From: Squalus acanthias
Lineage: Eukaryota
Length of the DNA stretch: 64,000 bases
Reading direction: 5' to 3'
Assembly: GCA_030390025.1 (NCBI GenBank)
Contig: CM059431.1
Span: 97,404,001 to 97,468,000 of the forward strand
In this document: positions 11,328-22,600 of the stretch, one piece after another
Position numbering within the stretch: position 1 is the first letter of the stretch
Layout: the number at the start of each line of letters is the position of its first letter
Notes under the pieces: model-generated
The model's database searches: none
What the model was told of the DNA's origin: nothing
The model's input: the letters and a program-made list of their open reading frames with translations, nothing else
Program-made: the position numbers and the translations under genes

Positions 11328-14300
11328 TAGACCCCACCAACGAACCCCCGAAGGTAGAGGTACCTTGGCAATTGAGAGCATTAATCACCCAAGCCAGGGA
11401 CGGCCTCTATATGACTTTGTTGGTGGGAAAAACAGATAATTCACCCCCACTGAAAGTAGACTGCCTATTGGATACAGGAGCAGAATTGACGGTCTTCCCC
11501 ACACAATATGCCCAAGAATGCCCGCTAGATGGGAAAACTGAGAAAGCCTTAGGGGCCAGTGGAGAAGACATCATCTTACATAGAACCCACAAAATGACCT
11601 TGTGTTTCGGCCCCCATGAAACAAGGGAACATATATGGATTGGACCCGTCACTGCCCCCATCATAGGCTTGGACATATTGACAAAGCTAGACTTTAGCCT
11701 ACACTTCACTGGGAATGGAGGCATAGGCTGGACGGTCCAAAACGGCCCCCGCAGGATAAGAGCTGTGAAAGAGAATAGTAAGGACGAGTGGGGACTGAAG
11801 GACCATCCTATCTGGGCGCGAGATAAATATGAGTGCGGAACCCTACGGATAGATCCCGTAATGTTCACAGGGAAGCCGCCACCTTCCACAAAACAGTACC
11901 CTATAAGCCCCGCCGCCATCGCCAGCATTTTGCCTATAATCGAACAACTGGAAAAACGAGGGGTGTTAATTCAGACACACTCTGCCTCCAACAGCCCTAT
12001 GTGGCCAGTGGTAAAATCCAGCGGACAATGGCGACTGACCATTGATTGTCGCAAGGCCAACGAGTGCATAGAACAAAAGACCCAATTGGTGGCGGACCCG
12101 TCAGTTATTTTTAACTCCTTGGGATCTGAGGAAGAAATCTTCTCAGTAATCGATATGGCCAATGGCTTTTGGGCCGTACCCTTAGCCAAAGAGGTGCAGC
12201 CGTGGTTCGCCTTTACGGTAAACCAACAACAGTACACCTGGACAAGGATGCCACAGGGCTTCCACAGTAGTCCTACGGTGTACCACCGAGCGATACAGAT
12301 AGACCTACGAACACTGCCCCCTCTGGAATCTACGGTGATCCAATATGTAGATGATATCCTTATAGCCTCAAAGACAGAAGAGCAACACCGGAAAGACCTT
12401 CTGATAATCCTAGGGCACCTAGAGCGGGCAGGACACAGAGCAACGTGGGATAAAGCACAGATTAATAAAACCACAGTCACATACCTAGGACAACAGATAT
12501 CCAAGGGAAATAGGGAACTGACGGCGGATAGGAAAAAAACAATTCAAATGGCCGCATGCCCACGAACCATTAAAGCCCTGAGATCATTTCTAGGCCTGTG
12601 TAACTTCAGCCGCCTCTGGATAGAATCATACAGCCAAAAGGCGCAGCCTTTGACCAAACTGCTAAAGGACAATCCGGGTTCCAGGGATCAGATCGCGTTA
12701 AACCCAGAGCAAATGAGAACGTTCGAAGAACTGAAGCGCGCCCTATGTAGCGCACCGGCTTTAGCCATTCCCGATGCGCGGATGCCATTCCGCCTCTACG
12801 TACACAAAAAGGATGGGTATATGACAGCAGTACTAACCCAGGCCCACGGAGATAGACACAGGCCCGTAGGATACTATAGTACCCAGTTGGATTTGGTGGC
12901 CCAAGGATGGGGTAGCTGTCTGAGAGCTATGCAAGCAACCTGCCTAGCAATAGAAGTTACAGCCCCGGTAGTTTTATCACAAAAGTTGGTGGTTCAATGC
13001 CCGCACACCGTCCATGCTATGTTAGGAATGAATAAGGTAGCTCAAGTGACCGCCTCTCGATGGACCCGATGGACCATGATTATGGAAACAGATAATTTGA
13101 TCATTACTAAATCCGGGCCGGGCAATCCAGCAAGCATGATGCCCCTGACAAACCCCGAAGAACTAGAAAGTGACCACAACTGTGTAAACCTGTTAGACGC
13201 CATGCAGGAAAGGGCTGAGACGCAGGAACTGCCTTTACACAATCCCGAAATGGTCCTTTACACGGATGGGTCATCCTTTGTGGAAAAAGGAACCCGATTA
13301 ACAGGGTGGGCGGTCACAACAGAATTTGCAGTAATAAGAGCAGGAAGTATGGGAGGAGGGACCTCAGCACAACAGCCAGAACTAGTCGCCCTCACCCAAG
13401 CCTGTCTCTATGCTCGAGACAAGACGGCCAATATATATACCGATTCTAGATATGCCTTTGGCATCGCTCATGACTTCGGACAACTATGGAAACAAAGAGG
13501 TTTTCTGACAGCTGCAGGTACACCCATAAAAAATGGAAGAGAGGTAACAGCATTAATGGATGCCATTCAGTTACCCAAAGAAGTGGCCATACTAAAATGT
13601 AAGGGCCATAACAAAGAAGATACCCCTGAAGCCAGGGGCAACACTAGGGCAGACGAAGCAGCAAAATATGCCGCCCGTACCATTGCACCCCCAACACCTC
13701 AGGTGCGATATATCACGACAAACAACGACCAAAGGGACATCTTACTCATGCAAAGAGAGACCCCAAGGGAGGAACAATGGACATGGTTAGAAAATGGGTT
13801 GCAACCCAATAAAGATGGCATATGGCAACATCTCAAAACGGGAGCAGTAGGATGCCCAAAGGAACTGATGCCGTTTTTGGCCCAACAAATACACTCGTGT
13901 GGACACATAGCCGCACAGCAAATGACAGCCAGATTCCAGAGAAACTGGTGGGCAAAAGAGTTTCGAACTCAAGCCCAAAGAATAGTGGAGCAATGTGTGA
14001 CATGCCAAAAAGTAAATCCCGGACAAAAAATTGAAGTACCAATGTTAAAAGCACCCGCTCCAGCAGGGCCCTTCCAACATTTGCAGGTTGGCTATATTTC
14101 CTTGCCAAAATGTCAGGGATATACAGATGTATTGGTGATGGTCGACCGCTTTTCACGATGGATTGAAGCCACCCCAGTTAGAAGCGCCACCGCTGCTGCA
14201 ACCGCGAAAGTCTTGTGTAAAGACTACATTCCTAGATGGGGCGTGCCCTTATGTATTGACTCAGACCAAGGCATACATTTTACGGGAGAAATAATTAAAG

Positions 14301-14836
14301 AACTTTGTAGACTACTACAAATAAAATGGTCACTGCATTGCCCATACCACCCCCAATCATCAGGACAAGTGGAAAGAGCAAACAGGACAATTAAACAACG
14401 GCTCACTAAGTACCACTCGGAAGGAGTGCCATGGCCTCAGGCCCTAGCCCTCGTCCTATGTAGTATTAGAGCCACCCCGAATAGGACCACTGGACTCAGT
14501 CCCTATGAGGTCGTTACCGGTAGACCTATGTCGCTACCCGGAACAATAGATCTACGTAGGGCTGACATTCATCTTCTAAGTGATACAGTATTAAAGTATT
14601 GTAAAGATCTAACCGATGCTGTCAGTTTTGCTTCCCAACAGGTCGGTGCAGCTTGGGAAGAACCCCCACCGGGAGGACACAGTTTAGTCCCCGGGCTACA
14701 AGTTTGGGTGAAGAAAATAAAGCCAGACCCCCTGGAAGACAAGTGGGAAGGTCCATATGTCATCCTGCTGACCACAGAAGCAGCCGTGAAAGTACACGTG
14801 AAAAGAGATACGACAGGAGCCTCAACAGAAGAATAA
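11321..14836 (+). CDS. pol: ERV pro-pol: protease, RT, tether, RNase H, integrase
   Basis: LLDTGA; PQGF..SP and YVDD; YTDGS..YTDSRY..GN.RAD; integrase HHCC, DSDQG, SGQVER, GPY. The first integrase catalytic Asp appears mutated (LQVGY). Confidence 0.95.
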   Translation, partial: KLIDPTNEPPKVEVPWQLRALITQARDGLYMTLLVGKTDNSPPLKVDCLLDTGAELTVFPTQYAQECPLDGKTEKALGASGEDIILHRTHKMTLCFGPHETREHIWIGPVTAPIIGLDILTKLDFSLHFTGNGGIGWTVQNGPRRIRAVKENSKDEWGLKDHPIWARDKYECGTLRIDPVMFTGKPPPSTKQYPISPAAIASILPIIEQLEKRGVLIQTHSASNSPMWPVVKSSGQWRLTIDCRKANECIEQKTQLVADPSVIFNSLGSEEEIFSVIDMANGFWAVPLAKEVQPWFAFTVNQQQYTWTRMPQGFHSSPTVYHRAIQIDLRTLPPLESTVIQYVDDILIASKTEEQHRKDLLIILGHLERAGHRATWDKAQINKTTVTYLGQQISKGNRELTADRKKTIQMAACPRTIKALRSFLGLCNFSRLWIESYSQKAQPLTKLLKDNPGSRDQIALNPEQMRTFEELKRALCSAPALAIPDARMPFRLYVHKKDGYMTAVLTQAHGDRHRPVGYYSTQLDLVAQGWGSCLRAMQATCLAIEVTAPVVLSQKLVVQCPHTVHAMLGMNKVAQVTASRWTRWTMIMETDNLIITKSGPGNPASMMPLTNPEELESDHNCVNLLDAMQERAETQELPLHNPEMVLYTDGSSFVEKGTRLTGWAVTTEFAVIRAGSMGGGTSAQQPELVALTQACLYARDKTANIYTDSRYAFGIAHDFGQLWKQRGFLTAAGTPIKNGREVTALMDAIQLPKEVAILKCKGHNKEDTPEARGNTRADEAAKYAARTIAPPTPQVRYITTNNDQRDILLMQRETPREEQWTWLENGLQPNKDGIWQHLKTGAVGCPKELMPFLAQQIHSCGHIAAQQMTARFQRNWWAKEFRTQAQRIVEQCVTCQKVNPGQKIEVPMLKAPAPAGPFQHLQVGYISLPKCQGYTDVLVMVDRFSRWIEATPVRSATAAATAKVLCKDYIPRWGVPLCIDSDQGIHFTGEIIKELCRLLQIKWSLHCPYHPQSSGQVERANRTIKQRLTKYHSEGVPWPQALALVLCSIRATPNRTTGLSPYEVVTGRPMSLPGTIDLRRADIHLLSDTVLKYCKDLTDAVSFASQQVGAAWEEPPPGGHSLVPGLQVWVKKIKPDPLEDKWEGPYVILLTTEAAVKVHVKRDTTGASTEE

Positions 14837-14855
14837 ATTGGACTTATTGTGGACT

Positions 14856-16292
14856 ATGATTCCCATCAGCATACTGTTAGCCATCTCCTTTACCCCTTTT
14901 CTAACATGGGTAGGAAGTATAGAGAATAACCTATTTTATCAGACCCACCTACAGATACACGGAAACCGGAGTGTATGTTACCCTCTAGCCACATTAGTGG
15001 AATCCTTGTTTGCAGCCACACCAGGTTGGCAACCCCTCCCACTATATACCGCCCACACCACGAAACAGAAATGCGAGGGCCAGACGGGTCGATATAGCCA
15101 GGGCATTCAAGGGCGATGCGTGCAGCTAATAAGCTCGACAGACCCCGTTTGCCGAGGGCCCGCGTGTAAGAACTGCACAACGTCAGGTAGCTATCCCCTG
15201 TGTTTTACGGGTAAGGGATGGGGATGCGTATATGCCCTTGTCCCCCAGGACAATACCTGCATACAACAACAATGTGCCCGACACCGCTGTCAGGCACCCA
15301 GGGGCCAGCTGGCCTGTACATGCGATGAACAAAGGTGCTTTAATGTGACAGCAGGAAGACAATTTATTTGTGGTCGGTGTAATGGGACCCATGTATCATC
15401 CGGTAAATGGACCTTCCCATTTGATACATTTCAGCTGTCCGAGTCTGGGGGAAACTCAAATGACCCCCTTAACTATTATTATAAACAGTTTGCGAAGGTT
15501 GATAGCCGGGAGGTCAAATGCTACCGAGCAAAGAACGGATTTGCGTTCCTCCTCAATGGAACATATACAACAGCGACGCCAAAACTCCCCTCTCTCTTCG
15601 CGGTAGGAGTAATCGCCCCCGTAGCTGTTCCCTGCCCCACCAATATACCATCCAGACGGAAACGCCGGGCAGTCTCCAAGGAGTTCTGTGCAGATTGGCG
15701 GGACCCGACCACACTGGGTAGCTCGGTAGGGTGGGGTATTCTTTCGGCCATATCACTGGGAGGGGGTGCAGGAGTAATAGCAGCCAAGAATAGGAATTAT
15801 CTAATGTACGGAATCACCCTCCTGGGCAATAGCACCATTAAAGCATTAACCGCCATAAATAAGGAAATGGCAACCCTACGTCTTTTTAGCATGCAAAACC
15901 GATATGCTTTGGACTACCTCTTGGCACAAGAGGGAGGTGTGTGTCTGATTATAGGAGACAAATGAATCACAAACGTCGATAGTGAGAAACAAAATATCCA
16001 AGACACTATAGACAAGATTAAAAATCAACTGGACGACTTCATTGAAGCCGGAGGGGGTGAAGGATGGTTTGCATGGCTGAGAACATTGGGACAGAAATTA
16101 ATGTATAGTTTGATTGTTATAAGTGGTGTAATTTTGGGAATTATTATTTTTGTAACTATTATCAAGTGTTGTATAAAACGTGCAGGAGCTACTATATCCC
16201 CTCACCTCTCCCGAATTAGGGTAGAAGTAGACGCAGCAGAGGAGGCGAAATCCCCAGAGGAAGCCTGTTCGGTCCGACACAGTTATCTGTAA
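14856..16292 (+). pseudogene. env: ERV env (gamma-type TM) with in-frame TGA at 15963-15965
   Basis: Hydrophobic N-terminus, Cys-rich SU, furin site RRKRR, fusion peptide, and ISD QNRYALDYLLAQEGGVC. The same frame continues after the stop into a TM helix (ORF 16086-16292). Confidence 0.92.
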
Positions 16293-16510
16293 ACTCGAAA
16301 TTAAAACCCTTTTGGTTGTGTTCATGGCCAGAACACAAACAAAACGGAGCCACGGGGTATGGTCTTGATAAAGTGCACTATCAAGAGGATACCTCGTATA
16401 TAATGATTCTTGGAGATTGTACAAAGAATCAAAGGGAGGAATGTGGAAACGTGAATAAAATGGACGACGAATTGGCTTACAAAGAATGGCTTCGCACAAG
16501 GAAAGTCTAG
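16220..16510 (+). CDS. Candidate accessory exon overlapping the env tail, PPT and U3
   Basis: Frame open 16220-16510, beginning GRSRRSRGG exactly after an acceptor-like CTCACCTCTCCCGAATTAG. Confidence 0.4.
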   Translation, partial: GRSRRSRGGEIPRGSLFGPTQLSVNSKLKPFWLCSWPEHKQNGATGYGLDKVHYQEDTSYIMILGDCTKNQREECGNVNKMDDELAYKEWLRTRKV

Positions 16511-17059
16511 ATTAGATTAAAGAGTGCAAAGCTAGCAGAAAGGAGAGAGACCTGCCCCAGCCTGGGGCCAAGATGATTGACTAGCTATTGTGCGGCGCCC
16601 AATCACGATCCGGCACTTTAGGGAGGCAGGTGCAGCAGTGAGACAAGTCAGGACTTGCCCGCCAGACTGAAGACCAGGTCATGGCCAAACTGAAAGGGCT
16701 AAAGGGACCCCCATTGGAGAATGCTTGTTGCCAGGGAAGTGATGTAATGACCCATGCCTCACTGTATAAAAGGGGCTTCCCTGCCGGTACTCTCGCTCTC
16801 TCTCTTTTTGGCTAGAAGCCGTGTGGATCATCAAGAGGGTCAGACACCTCCCGGGGACGTAAATGCTGGCAACACGTGCCTAACCCGGTGTGACTCTCGG
16901 GACACGAATGTACGGTAGAGAACCTCAATGTACTGTGCAACCATCGCCGAACAGTTGGAAGTAATAAAGTGTTGTTTTAACTCTCCGAACCCTCGAGCCT
17001 GAATTACTCTTCGTACAGCGGAACTCCAGACGAGAACCTAGGAAAACTCGGTTCTAACA
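16442..17059 (+). repeat. ERV 3' LTR
   Basis: Near-identical copy of 8652-9269. Confidence 0.97.
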
Positions 17060-18729
17060 GTGCTGTCTCTCTATATTTATGGTGCTGTCTCTCTATATTT
17101 ATGGTGCTGTCTCTCTATATTTATGGTGCTGTCTCTCTATATTTAAGGTGCTGTCTCTCTATATTTAAGGCGTTGTCTCACTATATTTAAGGAATTGTCT
17201 CTATATTTAAGATGGTGTCTCTCTATATTTAGGGAGATGTCTCAATATTTAAGGTGCTGTCTCTCTATATTTAAATTGCTGTTTCTCTATATTTAAGGAG
17301 ATGTCTCTATATTTAAGGTGCTGTCTCACTATATTTAAGGAGATATCTCGATATTTAAGGTGCTGTCTCTCTATATTTAAGGTGCTGTCTCACTATATTT
17401 AAGGAGATGTCTCGATATTTAAGGTGCTGTCTCTCTATATTTAAGGTGCTGTCTCATTATATTTAAGGAGATGTCTCTATATTTAAGGTGCGGTCTCACT
17501 ATATTTAAGGTGCAGTCTCACTATATTTAAGGAGATATCTCGATATTTAAGGTGCTGTCTCTCTATATTTAAGGTGCTGTCTCACTATATTTAAGCTGCT
17601 GTCTCTCTATATTTAAGGTGTTGTCTCTCTATATTTAAGGTGTTGTCTCTCTATATTTAAGGAGTTGTCTATATGTTTAAGAGGCTGTCTCTCTATATTT
17701 AGGGAGATGTATCTCTATATTTAAGGTGCTGTCTCTCTATATTTAAGCAGCTGTCTCTCTATATTTAAGTTGCTGTCTCTCTATATTTGAAGTGCTGTCT
17801 CTATATTTAAGGTGTTGTCTCACTATATTTAGGGAGATGTCTCTATATTAAAGGTGCTGTCTCTCTATATTAAAGGTGCTGTCTCTCAATATTTAAGGTG
17901 CTGTCTCTCTATATTTAAGGTGCTGTCTCTCTATATTTAAGGTGCAGTCTCTCTATATTTAAGGTGTTGTCTCTCTATATTTAAGGTGTTGTCTCTCTAT
18001 ATTTAAGGTGCTGTCTCTCTATATTTAAGGTGCTGTCTCTCTATATTTAAGTTGCAGTCTCTCTATTTATGCTGCTGTCTCTCTATATTTAAGGTGCTGT
18101 CTCACTATGTTTAAATAGATGTCTCTCTATATTTAAGGTGCTGTCTCTCTATATTTAAGGAGCTGTCTCTCTATATTTAAGGTGCTGTCTCTATATTTAA
18201 AGTGCTGTCTCTATATTTAAAGTGCTGTCTCTATATTTAAGGTGCTGTCTCTCTATATTTAAGGTGCTGTCTCTCTATATTTAAGGTGTCTCACTATATT
18301 TAAGGAATTGTCTCTATATTAAAGGTGCAGTCTCTCTATATTTAAGGAGTTGTCTCACTATATTTAAGGAATTCTCTCTATATTTAAGGTGCTGTCTCTC
18401 CATATATTTAAGGAAATGTCTCTATATTTAAGGTGCTGACTCTCTATATTTAAGGTGCTGTCTCTCTATATTTAAGGTGTTGTCTCACTATATTTAAGGA
18501 ATTGTCTCTATATTAAAGGTGCTGTCTCACTATATTTAAGGAGATGTCTCGATATTTAAGGTGCTGACTCTCTATATTTAAGGTGCTGTCTCTATATTTA
18601 AGGTGTTGTCTCACTATATTTAGGGTGATGTCTCTATATTTAAGGTGCTGTCTCTCTATTTTAAGGGGCTGTCTCTCTATATTGAAGGTGCAGTCTCTCT
18701 ATATTTAAGGAGCTGTCTCTCTATATTTA
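17060..18729. repeat. 22-bp satellite, block 2
   Basis: Same unit as block 1. Confidence 0.97.
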
Positions 18730-18778
18730 TGAGAAGTCGCACAACACCAGGTTATAGTCCAACAGTTTTATTTGAAAT

Positions 18779-18813
18779 TACGAACTTTCGGAGCTCTGCT
18801 CATTCGTCAGGTA
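18779..18813 (-). ncRNA. Minimal type I hammerhead ribozyme (variant copy)
   Basis: UAC-CUGACGA-a-uGAGC aga GCUCc-GAAA-gu-UC-GUA. Confidence 0.6.
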
Positions 18814-19573
18814 CAGTGAGGGATTACAAATCGGTTACAAAGTATATATAGACAGAGAGCAATGTGTCTGCAGAGATACAATCTGTCACGGAGGCATTAC
18901 ATCAAAGACACAGCAGAGTACAGCTAAGACAATGAGGTGGGGTCACAGGGGGTCCAACGTGTCAAATGCTGCAGTCTGCAGTTAAGCTTTTTACTTTTTT
19001 TTAAAACTGGAAATCACATCTGTGAACCAGACAACGACGTCGAGTCACGTCCTGTAGCGTGACATGAAACCGAGATCCCGGTTGAGACAGTCCTCATGGG
19101 TGCGGAACTTGGCTATCAGTTTCTGCTCGATGATTTTGCGTTGTCATGTGTCTCGAAGGCCGCCTTGGAGAACGCTAACCCGCAGATCCGAGGCTGAATG
19201 TCCTTGACTGCTGAAGTGTTCCTCGACTGGGAGGTAACAATCCTGCCTGGCGATTGTTGCGCGGTGTCCGTTCATACATTGTCGCAGTGTCTGCATGGTC
19301 TCGCCGATGTACCATGCTGCGGTGCATTCTTTCCTGCAACGTATGAGGTAGACAACGTTGGCTGAGTCACATGAGTATGTACCATGTACCTGGTGGGTAG
19401 TGTCCTCGCGTGCGATGATGGTATCTGTGTTGATGATCTGGCATGTCTTGCAGAAGTTGCCGTGGCAGGGTTGTGTGGTGTCGTGGTCGCTGTACTCCTG
19501 ACAGCTAGTATCTCTGAAGACACATTGTTCTCTGTCTATATATACTTTGTAACCGATTTGTATTCCCTCACTG

Positions 19574-19608
19574 TACCTGAGGAAGGAGCAGAGCTCAGAA
19601 AGCTCGTA
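19574..19608 (+). ncRNA. Minimal type I hammerhead ribozyme
   Basis: UAC-CUGAGGA-a-gGAGC aga GCUCa-GAAA-GC-UC-GUA, with palindromic AGCU in place of stem III. Confidence 0.65.
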
Positions 19609-19696
19609 ATTTCAAATAAAACTGTTGATAACCTGGTGTTGTGCGACTTCTCATTTTTGTCCACCCCAGTCCAACACCGGCATCTCCACATCATGA

Positions 19697-22600
19697 TCTC
19701 TATATTTAAGGTGCTGTCTCTCTATATTTAAGGTGCTGTCTCATTATATTTAAGGAGATGTCTCACTATATTTAAGGAGATGTCTGTATATTTAAGGAGT
19801 TTTATCTATATTTAAGGGGATGTCTCTATAAGGTGCTGTCTCTCTATATTTAAGGTGCTGTCTCTCTATCTTTAAGGTGCTGTCTCTATATATTTAAGGT
19901 GCTGTCTCACTATATTTAAGGTGCTGTCTCTCTATCTTTAAGGTGCTGTCTCTATATATTTAAGGTGCTGTCTCACTATATTTAAGGTGCTGTCTGCCTA
20001 TATTTAAGGTGCTGTCTCTCTATATTTAAGGTGCTGTCTCACTATATTTATGGTGCTGTCTCTATATTTAAAGTGCTGTCTCACTATATTTAAGGTGTTG
20101 TTTCTCTATATTTAAGGTGCTGTCTCACTATATTTAAGGAGATGTCTCTATATTTAAGGTGCTTTCTCTATCTTTAGGGAGATGTCTCAATATTTAAGGT
20201 GCTGTCTCTATATATTTAAGGAGATGTCTGTATATTTAAGGTGCTTTCTCGATATTTAGGGAGATGTCTCAATATTTAAGGTGCTGTCTCTCTTTATTTA
20301 AGGTGCAGTCTCACTATATTTAAGGTGCTGTCTCTATATTTAAGGTGCTGTCTCTCTATATTTAAGGTGCTGTCTCTCTATATTTAAGGTGCTGTCTCTC
20401 TATATTTAAGGTGCTGTCTCTTTATATTTAAGATGCTGTCTCTCTATATTTAAGGTGCTGTCTCTCTATATTTAAAGTGCTGTCTCACTATATTTAAGGT
20501 GTTGTTTCTCTATATTTAAGGTGCTGTCTGCCTATATTTAAGGTGCTGTCTCTCTATATTTAAGGTGTTGTTTCTCTATATTTAAGTTGCAGTCTCTCTA
20601 TATTTAAGTTGCTGTCTCTCTATATTTAAGTTGTTGTCTCACTATATTTAAGGAGATGTCTCTATATTTAAGGTGCTGTCTCTCTTTATTTAAGGTGCTG
20701 TCTCTCTATATTTAAGGTGCTGTCTCTCTATATTTAAGGTGTTGTTTCTCTATATTTAAGTTGCAGTCTCTCTATATTTAAGTTGCTGTCTCTCTATATT
20801 TAAGTTGTTGTCTCACTATATTTAAGGAGATGTCTCTATATTTAAGGTGCTGTCTCTCTTTATTTAAGGTGTTGTCTCACTATATTTAAGGAGATGTCTC
20901 TATATTTAATGTGCTGTCTCTCTATATTTAAGGAGCTGTCTCTTTATATTTAAGGAGCTGTCACTCTATATTTAAGGTGCTGTCTCCCTATATTTAAGGT
21001 GCTGTCTCTATATTTAAGGTGCTGTCTCTCTATATTTAAGGTGCTGTCTCTCTATATTTAAGGTGCTGTCTCTCTATATTTAAGGTGCTGTCTCTCTATA
21101 TTTAAGGTGCTGTCTCTCTATATTTAAGGTGCTGTTTCTCTATATTTGAGGTGCTGTCTCTCTATATTTAGGGAGATGTCCAATATTTAAGGTGCTGTCT
21201 CTGTATATTTAAGGTGCTGTCTCTCTATATTTAAGGTGCTGTCTCTGTATATTTAAGGTGCTGTCTCTATATATTTAAGGTGCTGTCTCTCTATATTTAA
21301 TTTGCTGAATCTCGATATTTAAGTTGCTGTCTCGCTATATTTAAGGAGATGTCTCGATATTTAAGGTGCTATCTCACTATATTTAAGGAGATGTCTATTT
21401 AAGGTGCTGTCTCTCTATATTTAAGGTGCTGTCTCTATATTTAAGGAGATGTCTCTCTATTTAAGGTGTTGTCTCTCTATATTTAAGGTGCTGTCTCTAT
21501 ATTTAAGGTGCTGTCTCTCTGTATTTAAGGTGTTGTCTCTATATTTAAGTTGCTGTTTCTCTATATTTAAGTTGCTGTCTCTCTATATTTAAGGTGTTGT
21601 CTCACTATATTTAAGGAGATGTCTCTCTATTTAAGGTGCTGTCTCTCTATATTTATGGTGCTGTTTCTCTATATTTAAGTTGCTGTTTCTCTATATTTAA
21701 GTTGCTGTCTCTATATTTAAGGTGTTGTCTCACTATATTTAATGGGATGTCTCTATATTTAAGGAGCTGTCTCTCTATATTTAAGGAGATGTCTCTCTAT
21801 ATTTAAGTTGCTGTTTCTCTATATTTAAGGAGATGTCTCTATATTTAAGGTGCTGTCTCTCTATATTTAAGGTGCTGTCTCTCTATATTTAAGGAAATGT
21901 CTCTATATTTAAGGTGCTGTCTCTCTATATTTAAGGTGCTGTCTCTCGATATTTAAGTTGCTGTTTCTCTATCTTTAAGTTGCTGTCTCTATATAAAGGT
22001 GTTGTCTCACTATATTTAAAGTGCTGTCTCTATATTTAAGTTGCTGTCTCTCAATATTTAAAGTGCTGTCTCTATATTTAAGGTGCTGTCTCTATATTTA
22101 AGGTGTTATCTCTCGATATTTAAGGTGCTGTCTCTCAATATTTAAGGTGTTATCTCTCGATATTTAAGGTGCTGTCTCTCAATATTTAAGGTGCTGTTTC
22201 TCGATATTTAAGGTGCTGTCTCTCTATATTCAAGGTGCTGTCTCTCTATATTTAAGCTGCTGTCTCTATATTTAAGGAGATGTCTCTCTATATTTAAGGT
22301 GCTGTCTCTCTATATTTAAGTTGCTGTTTCTCTTATATTTAAGGTGTTGTCTCTCTATATTTAAGGTGCGATCTCTATATTTAAGGAGATGTCTCTCTAT
22401 ATTTAAGGTGCTGTCTCTCTATATTTAAGTTGCTGTTTCTCTTATATTTAAGGAGATGTCTCTCAATATTTAAGGTGCTGTTTCTCGATATTTAAGGTGC
22501 TGTCTCTCTATATTCAAGGTGCTGTCTCTCTATATTTAAGGTGCTGTCTCTATATTTAAGGAGATGTCTCTCTATATTCAAGGTGCTGTCTCTCTATATT

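Larger units (their letters stand above)
8652..17059 (+). mobile_element. Full-length endogenous retrovirus (LTR-gag-pro/pol-env-LTR), class I-like, recent
   Basis: Paired 618-bp LTRs, PBS, PPT (AAAGGGAGGAA 16431-16441), and gag, pol, env in retroviral order. Confidence 0.97.
18730..19696 (-). mobile_element. 5'-truncated Penelope-like retroelement with inverted pseudo-LTR
   Basis: Minus strand encodes a degenerate GIY-YIG domain (CDSANVVYLIRC..WYIGET..H..EQKLI..LN). Inverted repeat of ~145 bp: 18730-18877 versus 19509-19653. Confidence 0.9.
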
